A stretch of DNA of 64,000 nucleotides from Phoronis australis (GCA_002633005.1 NMRA01000055.1:248001-312000); one strand, 5' to 3'. Shown: positions 35,301 to 49,700, counted from the stretch's first letter. A program made the numbers and translations. The notes: a model not told the origin generated them from the sequence alone.

Positions 35301-38300
35301 CAGTCCCCAAGACTGTAGTGCGTCCCTAAAACTAAGGACACTGGATCCTCCTGCTCCATCACTTTTCCATTCCAGTAATAGAACTGTCTCAAGCATCCAC
35401 TGTGTTTGTCTCTTAAAGGACCCCCAGCCACAAAAAATGGATCCAAACCCGATGGTGACTCGCTAGTATCTGAGAGTAAAACCATGAATCAGAATTTTGT
35501 GACTCTGTTCATTATCTATTAGGGTTGCAGTTTTTTTCAAGTACTTCCTGAAGCATTGAATCAGACAACGCATGAAACCACTCAACAAGACGATTTCAGT
35601 ATTTCAAAAACAAATTGAAGTTTCCCACTCAGCGATATGACAATTCCTTTAAATGTACGTTGAACCTATTCTGTGAGCACACAGTATTGGAAACAGCTGC
35701 CAAGTTACAATGTGTATTAATGATCCTAGTCTTCAAAAACGACTGTACATTCCCGTGATGCTTTGACTTTATTGGAATATTTTGGAAATATTTGTTATAA
35801 CATTAGAACACGGCTTACCTCAGAATGCTGATTACCATGGATACAGAGAGCTATTACTAATGACAACAAAATGGAAGAAAGCGACTGAGGTATAAGGGTG
35901 AAATCACACTGCCCATGACTAATGCGGTCACGTGCTCTCGGTCCCCCTTCATACATGAACAGATCATGAAGAAAGTCCTGAAATAGAGTTGGTGTGTTAT
36001 AGAAAATAATTGCGATTACTTTAACACAAGTAGTCCTGATATTGGTATTGCTGTTCAACATGTTTAGTTTGAACTTTGATTTTATATTTTTATTGAAAAG
36101 TGTCCAAAAAATATCAATTAGTATAGAACATCAACGCAAATAATAATATCACTATCAAAGCACACAAAACTCTTAGGCCACATTGGACGTCAACTCTGTT
36201 ATCTGATGATGCTTTTAGAAATAAAGCGAATTATTAATAGAATTTTTTAATTATAGAGCAATTGTTCTATGATTTCTCATAAAATAACAACTGAATAATT
36301 ATATTAATATAACAAATCAGAAACATGAAACAATATTTACCATAAATCCATCTCCAAGGTAACACCTTATTCTGTTCTCTGTGCCATCAGCCAAATATTG
36401 CCCGAGGATCTGTTGAAGAAATAATGTGCAGTTATAAATAACTCGCATTACTGCAAACAATAAAATTCTACTTCCAATTAGTAAGTGGTATTTCATGATT
36501 TAAAGCTACACGTCACAAAATGTTTTTCTTTATTGGTCATAAATACAGTTAAATAACGCTGGCAGTAACTACCTCGCGCACAAACTTACCTCGTCAAAAG
36601 TTGTGTACAGCGTTGAAAACTGAAGAAGAAACAAACAAAAATGAAAATAATCTGTAACAGATAATTTTCTCATTGTTTATATCTAATTTACAGTATATTT
36701 ATTTACAGTATTTAACACATCACCAATTATCTACGTTACAAGGGAGACAAGTTTCATCAGCATGACCTTAACATGCACAACAGCTATGTGGCTTATCTCA
36801 ACAGCTATATGGCTTATCTCAACTACTGCATCACATGAAGCTTATGCAACGTCCAAGTTGATAAGTCAGGAGGTTCCTCTCCTGAAAATGGATAGGGTTA
36901 ACTTTAAAAAAACAGTGAACGCCATGAAAGCCTATTTTAGCCGCTTAACCACTCAAAAGCAAAGGCAACTTGAATGTGTGAACAATGTACAACTGTGAAC
37001 ATTGTGTGTAGCACAAGACTGTACAGTTGGTTACAGCTGAGACCCTCACTGTGATAAAAAAGATTAAACTAAAGAAAGATATGTTCACACATGAGTCAAA
37101 AAAATAAATATGCAGTGTTTAGTGAAATTTTGAGGAAACTAATTGGATTACCTCTGCTGTGAGAACTCTCTCTGGACAATTGTTGACTGTTGCAAAGAGT
37201 GACCTCAGACATTGTTCCAACAATGTCAACAGTAAAGTCACACTCATCCCATATCTGAAATGAAACACAGCTAATACCAAAAAACTGGCTTGATGCAAAC
37301 ATCCATAAATGAACAAAATGTGCATCAAGATTCATATAACAGCAACAACCTAATTATTCATAAAGCACTTTGTACATTAAGGTCTTCACAATTAGCAATT
37401 ACAATTACACATACGATCCAAAACACCTATATCATAAGACTAACAGCTCTGATACAGCAGAGGGACTGCACCATCAACTTCATGTCTACGTATCAAGTTC
37501 TCAACATCACTGAGCTCCTATTCAACACCAATACCAATGTCTTGACATGGAGAATTCTACTGCTTAGAAATCAAACCAAAAAAATCCTACCCTAACTGCA
37601 TTATGATCTGACTTACTTTTCCTCAATGTGGTTTGTCAATGCACACTCTAAATAAGGCATCGTAGCCAGAGAGATGAAGCAGGAGTCCTGAGAAAGTTTC
37701 AAAAATAAGTGCAAAGAACCACGGTCAACTGCAAACTCTGAAAGAGAAGGAAAGGGAGTTTTACCAAGATGAACCCTATTTGCAATTGCTATATTTCTGC
37801 AACCACAAACTGTCATCTAAACCATGTAGCCAATGAAAATACATATTCAATAAGGACCAATAAACAAAAGAATCATGTGTATAAATATATCTAAAGAATC
37901 ATGATACAAGCTTTGGTGTTTTCCCTGGTTGGATAAAATTTCAAATTCCATCACAAACAAGTCTACAGACTGATTAGCAATAAATCCTTAATGTATTCAT
38001 TTCCTCACCTGGGATGCACGAATATAACTCATCTACCTCTCTCAACACTACATAAGGTCTATCTGGTATCTGGCTCACGCCTTTTACCTGCAGTTTCTTC
38101 CCTATTGAGATCATCACCAACAGCAGGAAGTACCAATACCTGAGAAGCCATACAAGTAGTGTAAGTGCAATTCACATGTCTGCCAGACAAGGATTGATTT
38201 GTATAAATAGAAGCCAGAGGAGAGTCAAAGACATGCCAAAAACAACACACTGATTTTGTAGAATTATCTTGAAACTAGCTGATAAAGAAGTTTCATACCA

Positions 38301-41300
38301 TTTATCTAGGTTTGTGAATTGTTAAATTACAGATGCCAAGAAACATACAATTGAGCCAAAATGGGGAATTAAAATACAGTGTAAGTTTTACAAAGGGCTT
38401 TTTTGTACAGCTTAATATGTTGACGAGGTAAAAATTGCACTTTCACCATTATGCAAAATGTAACAATGGGAGAATCTGCTACACTACTACAAAACTATGC
38501 AAAGTAAACCAAAGGTGCACTTACTGTTCTGGAACTTCCCCAGGCAAACAGAAGCCATGCCACAGAATATTCCTCAGGTTCAGTGATGTTGGTGGTCCAA
38601 CCAAAATCCGTAATAAACTAATCTGCAAAAGTCATGCCAGGAGCATTAACTGTATGGATCTTATTTAAAGTTCAGAATATATTATTATTTTTACCATTTA
38701 TTCTTCAAACATAACATTACAAATAGTTAACAATAATTGATTATTAATAAAATATTTCCATTCATTCCAATAAGCAAAACAACCAACTCACTGAAAATTT
38801 TAAATCATTATAGCTTTGTCATTTCATCAAAAGCAAGGCATCGCATACGGTGCAGACACAAGAGATGACCCAAATGTCCAAATTTGTCCAAGTTTAGAAC
38901 GTCACATCTCAGAAATAGTTGATTGAATTCATGAAACTTTCCGACACTCTGCGTCACGCAATGTTCTCCAAAACGGTGTTAGGAATTGTTTTTTTGCATG
39001 AGGGATACAAAAAATATAATTTCTTTAATTTTCAGAAAAAAATGAAAATGAAATATTTTAGAAAACTGTTGTCATTCAGCATTTTTTAGTCATTCTCTAG
39101 AAAATTTAAATAAGAAATGGTCACGATATTGATACCATTGTTTTAATATCTTTTTTGCTAAATTTATGTAAAAGATGATACAGTTAGTAACAGATTAGTA
39201 AGAAGTTAAACATCAAATTCTAGAGTTAGAAAATACATACTTTTAGTGAATTAAAATCTATAGTTTTAAAGATACTTGGCTAACTACACCCACTTGTCAG
39301 TAATGTCCTACATATCCTTAAACAGTGAAATTGTTTTTCAAATATATGCAAGGATGCATTTGGGAGGAAAATACTTACACAATTTTGGTCAATTGCATCT
39401 TTGAGCTCAGAAGATGAAAGTACATCTTTTAGCATATTGGGACATTTTGTTCCTTTCAGCAGAAACAGCTGAAATATATGTCAAATCACCGTAGTTAGTT
39501 ATCTTTAAACATTGTCAATAATCTAACAATTAACAAATCTAATAAACTAAAATTCAACAAGGAGTATTAAAAATATATTTACAGGCAGTTGAGGAGTTAG
39601 AAACCTGACTCAAGGCGGGGTCTAGCAGTGTGGCCCAGGGAGACTCAAACTCATGACCTCGAGTAAAGAAGGCGGGCACCATCACAATAGGCGTCTTCCA
39701 ACAAGGAGTACCCCAGACTGGAAAATGAGCAAAAATTTTCAGTGCCAGTGCAGTTTAATTCTTTGAAAATTGTGCAGTAAGTATCTACATGGATACTGTT
39801 TCTCAAATGTGTTAATGTTGTTGTACATAATACACATTCTAATTACTTTTCAAATCAAAGCTGTGCGTGAATCATTCACTACTCTTCTTAAGCAAAAAGA
39901 AATACCAAAAATAATAAAAACATCTTTGATTTAATCACTGAACAGCAAATTGAAAGAATAATTTTCATAAGGCAATGCTCACCACATTCTCTTGTTCACT
40001 ATTAGATCAAGATAAGGACTACAAGCTGTTGTGTAGCACTTAAGGGTTTGAGCAGAACTATCACCAACAGAGGTCTCTGCTCCTCAGTCCCCAAAACAAA
40101 CATAATGCAATTTTGTCATGATCCCAAGTAGCCAGCACACTTGCTTGAAATTCGTGAGCAAACTGCAAGTCTTATGTGTGATTTTACATTCAATGCTTAT
40201 GGTGTTAAGGAAGCAGTGTGGCCTAGTGTGATAGGTGCCCACCTTCTTTACTCAAGGTCTGGGTATGAGTCCCACTCGGCCACACTGGTATAGACCCCTG
40301 AGTCAGGTTTCTAGCTCCTCCGCTCGGTTTTAACTATATATTAATAAAGCACAAAAATGGTCCCAGGTGATCAGTGCAATGGGCCCACATGCACAGCCTG
40401 TGCACGTCTGGTACAGCGTGTACCAGACCGCCTTCAATTGTTTTTTATGGTGTTAAGATAAGGGTTGCCAAGATATTTCATTTCATTTGCTTGCTCTTTT
40501 GATGAATAAGTGACAGTGCCTAGTTTATAGTTTAAAGGCCATTTTGCATTATGAAAAAGCTCAAAAAAGCACCCAGTCACCTTCGTGGTTTGTTCTACAC
40601 TAGTAACAGTATATCCAAGCAGATAGAGTGTCAGGATTAAAACAGGTTACGTATGACAGGTCATGTGAAAATGAAATCAAACCCAAGAGCTGAATATGCA
40701 AGGTATATGTCATCACTGTCATTGAATCCATGAGTGCACTTCTGCTTGCAGAACTTGTAATTATCTTTAGATACAATAAAGTGTCTTGCATAATTAAGAA
40801 CAACACATATGCAAAGATATAACACGAACCTTCAACCATTTCATTAAGTTTCATGACTAATTCATCCCAATTTTGTAAAAGAAATGTTTAGCTGATTTTG
40901 TCCTGTTTCAATTCCTTTATTATTTGCCTCACAGCTGTGAGTATATCTTAAAACCTCACCATAAGAAATGCTCAATGAGTCACACAACGGTGCACAAGGC
41001 GATGATTGCTAGGCATGGCAGAGATACTACATGTTTTGGTCTCTTTAGTCGAAGATTAGTGGAACCAGTTACTCCAACTATCACCTGGTTTCAATGAATG
41101 ATCAACCTAACTATTCATCACAAAGAAAACTTTTCATGAAGATGAAAGTGGCCTCATTGCCTACATCTGCAAAACTGAATGGTACATCTTTTTTGTCACC
41201 AGGTGGTGGTAGCAGACTCATTTGTCTCATGCAATTAGTAGCTGTTGCTCCCAATTGTCCACATACTTACATTTCCTAAACCTCTCTCTAGACAAGCAGT

Positions 41301-43423
41301 TATGAGCAAACCAGATAACTCTGCATTTCCACACTTCGACTGTTGCAGGAAGCAGAATGAATCGCATAAAACCTAAACAAAATCGTAAACAGTCAGAACA
41401 CGTAGCCCGAGGAAGGTACTTTCATTTACTTTATAATAATCAATTTAAAATTTGAGACAACTGGTATGTCATTACCTTTATGAAGCCTTTGTTACCTTTG
41501 TGAAAATGTTTTCCAACTATGACTCCTGTGGGTCATTATTATTACTACTAGAACTCATCAACACTCAACACTTTCACAACACCACTAAGTCTTCAAACTA
41601 AGACCAACTAAACCATGCATCACCATAGCAATGCTGAAACTTTTCAAAAACTTTTACCTTTTCACACTTTGTCCAACTTAAATCTTCTTTACAGGTATTT
41701 ATGAAGTCAGCAGGTGTCATGGGGTTAAACAGTACGACCGCAGAGTTCGACAAAGGAGCAATTACTGCTTCCACACAACTTTCAAAATAATCGGTTGTGT
41801 CATCTGCATCTGAAAACACAAAAACAAGTTACAACACATGGCATAATTTAACTAAAAATATAATGACCATTACATTTATTTTTGTCACTTTTACATGTTG
41901 CCTTGTACTAATAACACAGAACATTTGAGAACAACCGAGACCAGATTCGATTTTTCAAGTAGCACATTATCTGTGGGGCACAGGTGAATTAAAACTGCCC
42001 AAATAATCAACTTTTCACAAAAAATGCTGTATTTTTTAAACCTGAATGAGTTATGCACCAGTGTTAGAGTGCCAGTTGATAAGCTCGGAGTGATTAACGC
42101 TCTCACACGACAGCTTGAGCTTTAGGTGATTGGAAATACTGTTGATTACTGAAACTATCTTTAAGAGAGTACCTGACTGGTTCATGCTCAATACCATGTA
42201 GGAGGAACTGATTTGATTTGTGGCAATTATGATGACATAAAAGCATAAGAGTGTAAGTCTGAAAAAAACTTTTTCTAGTAATGTTTAACAACACTTCAGT
42301 ATAGAAGATTTATCCGACTTGCGATTCATGAAAATGTTAAAGAAACACTGCCATAAAGACACTGGGACACAAAATTAGTCTTATTTAGTCTCACTCTTTT
42401 GTGGAAAATTCCATTACAATATGCAGTGCTTTCGTGGAAGGTTTAAAAACCAAGCACAAAAAGAATGCGGCATAAAGTGCTACATGTCAAAACATAGCTA
42501 ACAAATGAAAATTACTCAGCAGGCTCATAAAAGGCTAATCCAACCATGTCAAACGGCCAATTTGTCCCCAATTTCACATACAATGCAGTAATGCCACCAA
42601 CTCACCAACACAGTCAACGTTTAACAACCATCACAAGGTAAAGCATTGGGGGTATATTAGGTGAAATATTAAAACTGAAAATGTACATGAAACAGGGGTC
42701 TTTCATTATCCATTTGGACTGTAGCAGTTTTACTTCGATTTGTAAGCCATGTATATTTGAAAAATATCCTGGAGGACTCACAAGTTTAAAGCTTGCACAA
42801 GCTGCATTTCTGGGCAAATTTGGATGTTTCAAAAATGAATTCTAGGTGTTTTGTACAAATCAGACAGATTTATTGTTTAATAGAGACAAGCAAGTCCCAC
42901 AGAAACATAAAAATATACAGAAACAATGTTTTATGACAATGAGGCAAGTTTGCATCATAACCCAATCAAACCCAGAGTCAGAGAGGAATTCCATGGTAAT
43001 GGGAGAACAACAGTCAGATATAACCAGTTTCATGCCTTTTATTCAGTGGATAAAACTGGCAAGCACATTATATCAAACTATCACACACGTGAGATGTGCA
43101 CAACAAAGTGTTTTGGCTACATATGACATGTATCCTCTTGGTTTTCAAATTTGCTCTTACGTACACCCATCACACCCTACTTTGAATACTCATTGCAAAC
43201 TATTTTGTCAACAGTATTATCATCAACTACCTTGTAAAGTATTTGAAATGTTATCAAAATGTAGAAAAGTGCGGCTCTCTGCTGTTGTCAACCATGGCAG
43301 CGAATGAGGTTCCAAATGTTTCACACTGCTTTTGTCACCACTTTGACTTTCTTTTCCTTTTAAACAGACAAGATTATAAACGTAAGAAGACAAGAAAGTT
43401 TGAGTTGAGCCAGTTCTTGACAT
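29388..43423 (-). CDS. ERMARD: ERMARD / C6orf70 orthologue (DUF4209/HEPN-family, ER membrane-associated RNA degradation protein), complete, ~671 aa
   Basis: Exons (minus strand): 43423-43231, 41809-41658, 41372-41271, 39468-39379, 38622-38525, 38139-38009, 37737-37617, 37254-37152, 36619-36590, 36409-36341, 35977-35819, 35200-35058, 34804-34709, 33593-33500, 32683-32499, 30279-30181, 29538-29388. Total 2016 nt with consistent phases. Peptides [100 protein letters not shown] and KNKWKES match the vertebrate ERMARD sequence as recalled. Confidence 0.92.
31462..32450. mobile_element. Hairpin-headed non-autonomous element interrupted by the TTAA-flanked transposon copy
   Basis: Hairpin aaaacgtacc...ggtatgtttt (31462-31546); inverted repeat ttatcccatgcgc (31551) / gcgcatgggataa (to 32450); right part homologous to 7568-7740. 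Confidence 0.6.
31953..32245 (+). mobile_element. Second copy of the 16763-21778 transposon, TSD TTAA, interior collapsed at an N
   Basis: 31953-32221 is near-identical to 16763-17031; N at 32222; then ggtgctctcgtggactagtac|ttaa. TTAA lies at 31949-31952 and 32246-32249. Confidence 0.88.
39590..39692 (-). mobile_element. tRNA-derived SINE copy (minus orientation)
   Basis: Reverse complement of 40208-40321 (gaggagttagaaacctgactca...gagtaaagaaggcgggcacc). Confidence 0.75.
40208..40321 (+). mobile_element. tRNA-derived SINE copy (plus orientation)
   Basis: A-box-like tggcctagtgtg, B-box-like ggtatgagtccc, then core acccctgagtcaggtttctagctcctc. Confidence 0.75.
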
Positions 43424-43738
43424 AGCACATCGCTAATAAAGAACTTCACAGTTTGAGTAACCCAAATCATTCAATTCATTTCAGAAAGCAGCTCCAGTGC
43501 TTTTGACAACTACACTTTTGCAGAACCCGGAAGTGCTAGTTAAAAAGTTGTGTAATGATGTCTTGCTTTAGTTTTGTATTTTTAGACACTGCTCATAATA
43601 AAAGTTAAACGATGTGAAGGAGTAATAAATGAAGAAAATTTTGTAGAAGTACTTGATGGCACCAAGAAAGGATACCTTGATTTTTCAGCTTGCAACTTGA
43701 ATTCGAAATTAAATTCTGATGGTTTGTCAACAACAAAG
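43424..43738. promoter_or_regulatory. Bidirectional promoter region shared by ERMARD and TIMM50
   Basis: 315 bp between divergent ATGs. ETS/GABPA-type CCGGAAGTG at 43527-43535; ACTACA (partial ZNF143-like motif) at ~43509; YY1-type AAGATGGCGGC overlapping the TIMM50 ATG. Confidence 0.7.
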
Positions 43739-46700
43739 ATGGCGGCGTTCAAGCCCATGTGTGCACTTATTCGGAGCGTCGGTAGCAGGACATTTCTCAC
43801 GTCTAGAACCTTATTTAATTGTACTACACATAAACTAGATCTCTTAAGCCTTCAAAGATCGCATTTTAGCACGTCTAAAGTGTTTTCATACAAAATTTCA
43901 ACTATTAAGAGTACCGTCGATGCCTCGAAAAGTTCGTCGGTCGGGTCATCACAAGAAACGACAAACGAAAATACGGCAGAAAGCCAAGATTCGTCAAAGA
44001 AAAAAGAATCGAGGTGGACTGGAAAGAATGCATGGAAGCTGGGCTTAATATCAATGTGTGCTACAGGGGTGATCGGCATTGGCTCACTCATAGCTGAATG
44101 GGGTAATTAAAACCGAATGTTGTGAATTGTGGAAGTGAAGATTTTTCTGAATCATGACTAGGAATCTGTTCGATGCATGAATATTGCTACACAGAAATGT
44201 ATGTTTTTCATAAATAATAGCATTTGATGTTGTAGCATTGAACTCCTAACTATGGAAACTTGTTTAAGTACCGATTTTTCACACTGTTGAGTTCTGCCAT
44301 GTACTTTTATTTTAATTATAGTTTACAGTATACACCTACAGTAGTGATTAAGCGTCCATGAAAAGGGCTGAACAAGTACAACAATTTAACACCCATCGAG
44401 ATCATTACATTTCCAAAATTGTAGTGCTATGTCACAATTCCTACATTTTTCTTACGTGATGTAGGCATATAACTACATTGTGCAGGTTTCTACATTGCTT
44501 GGAACAAAATCACTGATTAGTGATGGTGATGGCAGATTCTGGGTGAGGTGAGAGGCAGGGATTATACAGGGGCTGTCTTTTGTCTGGCTAGAATTTTGTT
44601 GTATGCAGGTTTGACAGAACGGCCAAAAGTAAAAAAGACAAGCAAAATTTTAGAAAGTTGCCTTGCCAATAAACAAGTGATTTTTGTTTAACGTTTGGCA
44701 ACAACTGTCAGCTGTGACATTGCAAAACTGGACTTTTGAATTCTTGAAAGCAACCTGTTTTATTCAAAAAACAGAGCAACATAACTTAGGGCTTGATTTT
44801 CTGCTAAATGGGTGTTTTGAGGCCTTGATATATCGCTGTGTGATAACCAAGATTCATGATGCTCATGTTCTTGTCTGTTGACAAACTCGAAGGTGCCATG
44901 AAACGGGCAGAGTTTACAAAAAATACTTTCACTTTGGGAGTTTGAAAATGCATTTTCCAAGTTCTAAGATTTTCCAGCTCTTGCTATATGTTTTGCAAAT
45001 TGTTTTCTTTTTTTCTACAGGACATGTGTATACTCAGTAAGCATTTGAGAACCACGGTTCATTATACACCTCACCTGTATATTGTTCCAGGCTTGAGGGG
45101 TTGAAAGCAAGTTGTACATTCAAAGGAAAATGGTTCTCTGGCCCAATATTCTTCCAAGATATGGGTCAACTTATCTTCAATTCAAGATCAATTTTGGCTT
45201 ACAAAGTTTTGAGAAAGGTCAATAACAACTCAAATTACGAATTTGTTTAAATTGCAAGGGTGTAGTATTAGCAACTCATTCGGATTTGAGATTGTTAAAA
45301 TTGCCAAAATTATATGATGGCATTTGGTAAAAGCATATTTTGTTGTTATAGGTGCGCCTCCTAAGGATGAAAATGGGAAAGAGGTAAATATCTTGCATAC
45401 GCACATGCATCAACTCTAGAATGAGAAGAGGAAACCATTAAATTTGAAAATGTTTATCTTCACAGGAGTGAAAAAAATCAAAAATGTCTTGCTTAAAGTA
45501 GTTATCAGTAATGTTTCATCTTTGTCCAGCACATTACTCGTCTCAATATTCTAAATTGTCGCTTGAATTGTACTAGTATTTGTTTTTCAGATTAAAGACG
45601 AATTTAGTGACTGTGAGTACATTTTTTATATGCTTCTGACAATATAAACAGACACGTCTAGTACCAGTCTGTCTCTACATGTGTGCTGTGTCAAAATACA
45701 ACTCTTCATTATCCGTGCATACTGCACTTGAAATTCTTTCCTTAATACAGTGTTCAAACTTGACAGGAATCACAAAATTCATGTTCGTGTTCGAAAGACC
45801 ATGTCCATGTTGTGCGGAATTTGTGCGTTAAGTATTGGAATAAATGCACTGACCTGTCACCAAAAATCCAAAATGTCCAAATTTGCTCAAGAAATAACCG
45901 ATCTACTGATTATGCAAACTCGTTGCATAGGCTTTCAAACTCGACGCAAGTAAGTCAAACTCGTCACGACAGAATTCCAACTGGATGCAGTGACTAGTCA
46001 AAACAGGTTGTGGAGTACACTGTAATATCAGTTAATGTTGTCCGTATTTAGACATTGGAGGAATAATGTTTGGTTATTTTATTTGCTTATTGATTCTGTT
46101 ATCCTAAAATAGAAATTTCGTTTGCGATTTTTCCAACAAAGAGTGTTGAAACTCGTCTGAAAATCTGTGATTATTTTCATTGAAGAGCAGAATAAATCCA
46201 GTGGCGTGCAACGTCTTCATCAGTTTAGAGGAATATCATTATTTGGTAGGTGTAATCGTATAGTGCTGATATCCCTATTAACTCTTCATTAATTATGAAG
46301 AATTACAGCCCATAATAATCAAATAACTTGACTACAGGTTCAAACACCATTCTCACTATTTTCCTTTGTGAAATAATTTTTGTATATTTTCTGTTTTTAT
46401 TTTAGTATCTCCATGGCTACAATATCCGAAAAGAGCACTCAGAGAAGCCAACTTCTTTAAAAAGGTAACATCTTGCATTGTGTTAATGTTAACAGTTTCC
46501 TTCCAGTCTTGCTGTACTTGGGACATCTAAAAAGTAATTGACTAATCACATAGTGTGAAATTTAAAAGTTTTCTCATGGCATGCCGCATGATTATGGTAA
46601 AAATTATCTAGTTTGGGACGATAATTATTGCTAAAATTGCATTCTTTAAACATTTTCCAAGGCTCACAATATTGCTATAGAAATACCAAAAAATTTTGTC

Positions 46701-49700
46701 AAATGTTTTTGGCGAATACATTACTATATGATCTGTGCTAACAAAGAAGTAAAATGTTCTTGCAGGTTAGTTTTGTGGAGAAATTTGATCAAATGAAATT
46801 GTAATAATCATCATTATTGTGTCATAAACTTGATGAATTGTTCCTAAAGTCTTGAATCAAGTCAATTAAAACCTTATTTGTCTCATTCTCTGGTGTACAT
46901 GAATTTGTTAAGTTGTGAGTGAAAGCTAATGAGAAGAAGAGAAATTCCCACATGGTTGTGTTGTTCCAACGTGGTTTTGCTAAATTTTTTTTCTCGCTAC
47001 ACATTATGTATATCGTATTTGAAGTTCCTGAGAAGAAAGATAAGGTTTTTTGCTGGACATATGTGAGATAAGGTAAAAATGGCCAATTTTTATGAAGAAG
47101 GTTTGAGATATCCTTAATATTCCAAATGACGTGGTAAACTGGGCTCCAGTGTTTTCTCCAGCCGTTGATGGTTACAATGTTATATATAAGAGAAATAGAA
47201 TCATATCTCGGTAGGCAATATTATGTGACTGATTTTATGAGAGTGAAAGGCTTATAATTTGTTTAGAAAACTAAACAGGATGAACTACGGCTTTAAATGG
47301 ATAATGTCTAAGTATGTTTGTTCCATATGAACGTTGATTGAAAATATTGTTCTCTTGTATGTTTGATTAATCCACGAAGCATTCAGTAATTTTTTTCACT
47401 ACAAAATAGTAATACCAAATTGCAGTTTTGTGAAAAAGATGTCAAAGAATACTCTCCTGTGTGGTAACTTGCAGATGATTCAAGAGCCCTCTAGTGAGAA
47501 ACTCCTGCCAGATCCTCTGAGAGAGCCATACTATCAGCCACCATTTACACTTGTGTTAGAAATGACGGGAGTGCTGGTGCACCCAGACTGGACTGTGAGT
47601 TTTGGTTCATGCTTGTACCTTGTGCTGAACTGCAATTTGTTTTCTTATCTAGATTTGTTCCTACTTTTGATGCGCCCGCATGTATGTGGGAACTTGTGTG
47701 GGTACATGTATGGCAGATGGTCAGAAAGAGATTAGGACTATATGCACCAACATGTCAGTGTATTTCAAATGTCAAGTCTACCGTTATTTGTCAGACGGTA
47801 CAATTGTACCAAGCGTATTATAGTAAGGAAAATAAACAAAGTCAATGATACTGACATCAGACGTTAGATCTGACAGCTGCTAATTGGGGAGAATGTCTCA
47901 TTTAAAGACTGTAATGTGCAGATAGAATGTCCTACTTTATTAATCACGTTTTAAGGAAAATTTGACAGTGCATGTAGCCGTCATGTGTCTCGGCATTTGT
48001 CATCGAGACGTCCTGTGCTGTATCTCCTAAACCCCGTGCAATTTATTTTTTTGACATCCACCGCCCTCTGTTGAGCTGCTTGAAGAATCATCATGAAAGT
48101 TAGTGGGTGGTATTGATTGTTCAGGTTATCTTACAACTTTGGTATGCCCTCTTATGGCAGTTTGTTTTCTTTGCGTCTGCCTCAAAATGTACCATTTTAA
48201 TTAAAGATCTTATAATTTGGCATATGTGTTCTTATTGAGGAAAGCACCTGAGGTGTTGGACAGATCTGACTAATATAGTGCCCTGCAGTCTGCCTGAAAG
48301 TGTGATATTGCCTTTGAGTAGGTCGTTCTGATTCCACTGTTTATATCAGAAAATAGCCTTAACATTTTGTGCTTGTAACTCAGGGCTATGCTTATGGCTT
48401 TTGTTTTTTGTCATATATGTGTCGGAGGTCATGCTTCAATGTTAATGCACATGTCTCGGTGACACAGTGAGAAGGTGAAGTTGGAACAAAATGACTGACC
48501 AATTGCATGGCATGATTATACTTTTGGCACTCAATCATACACATTTTAGAAATCTGCTCAAACTTGATATTGTAAGAAAAATTTCTAAAATCATAAAATT
48601 ACACCCCATACCGTTTGTGTTTATCAGATGGAATAAAATTACATGTTTACAGAATCTTGTAATTTTGTCAAAAGCAATAAGTGGTGTTCTGTAAAAGTTT
48701 GGAATTTTGTTGATAATCTAAAGCTAAAAAGTTGACAAAGGTGTGTGCAACCAGATAGTCAACTTGAGAATGAAGAGAACCAGGAGTAACTGACAAAAAG
48801 TAAGATAAACATTTAAAGCAAGCTTCAGCTTCAAAGTTTTTTAGTTTTTTAAAAACCACTGTGTGTTACGATGTTGCAGTTGGCCACGGGCTGGCGGTTC
48901 AAGAAGAGACCTGGTGTGGACTATTTCCTTCAGCAAGTTGGCCCTCCTCTGTTTGAAGTTGTCATTTATACAGCGGAACAGGGATTTGTAAGTTAACACT
49001 GCATCGACTCTGTGTATGTTTATTGAATACGTTAATTGACCTACAGTGTTACAGACCAACATGTGCAGTTCCACTATTGTACAGACCAATTAAATCCGAG
49101 CTCTGAAACAAAGTGCCTAATTCAAAAACCAAGTAATGTGGCCTGGTGTTAGTTGAACCCTTGTTCTCTTATTAACTGACATATGTTGAAGCGCTAGCTC
49201 ACGCTGGTTCTTCAGTGAACAGGTTCTGCTTAGGGTTCGTCTGAAATATTTTCAAAGCATTACTTAACGTGTGGTGGGGGAGTGCGTTAACAACTGGACG
49301 ATGCTTGGGGATGGTGTTAAAAGCTGGCTTGTCCTTTTAACATTTTCGAAAAATGTTTATGGGAATCATTTTGTGAACATGAAAGTCAACATTATGCAAG
49401 CATATGTTTGATGTGCTTTTGAAGGTCAATTATTGCATTCAGTTCTTCAGTAAAACTTTCACTGAATCACCTCTAGACTAAACAAGCTAACACTCTTTAG
49501 TTCATTTCAGTGTCCAACTCATTTTCAACTTTAATGGGCACCTCTCTACTTTCAGCCTGTTTACTGTTGCTACGCTACATCACACAATGTTCTGACTAGA
49601 TGCTGTTATGGTCACAACAGACCAGTGAAGGGTCACTTCAAGTTTACCACTGACTTATCATGTATCTTCTTGGGTCAACATGCCAAGTTGCATTCAAATG

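Noticed and set aside
35201-35485. In-frame 95-codon extension upstream of ERMARD exon 12 resembling a laminin-G fragment (FFVAGGP...[12 protein letters not shown]...GDCF)
   Set aside because: A good acceptor at 35200 already gives the expected protein. The GGP part coincides with a TTAA|AGGA...TCCT|TTAA MITE-like end (35417-35648), so the resemblance is probably chance.
42846-43307. 153-aa plus-strand ORF antisense to ERMARD exon 1/intron 1
   Set aside because: Non-ATG start, no motifs and no splice support.
47540-47575. Loss of the DxDxT phosphatase motif in TIMM50 (LEMTG) as a novelty
   Set aside because: A degenerate motif is normal for metazoan TIM50.
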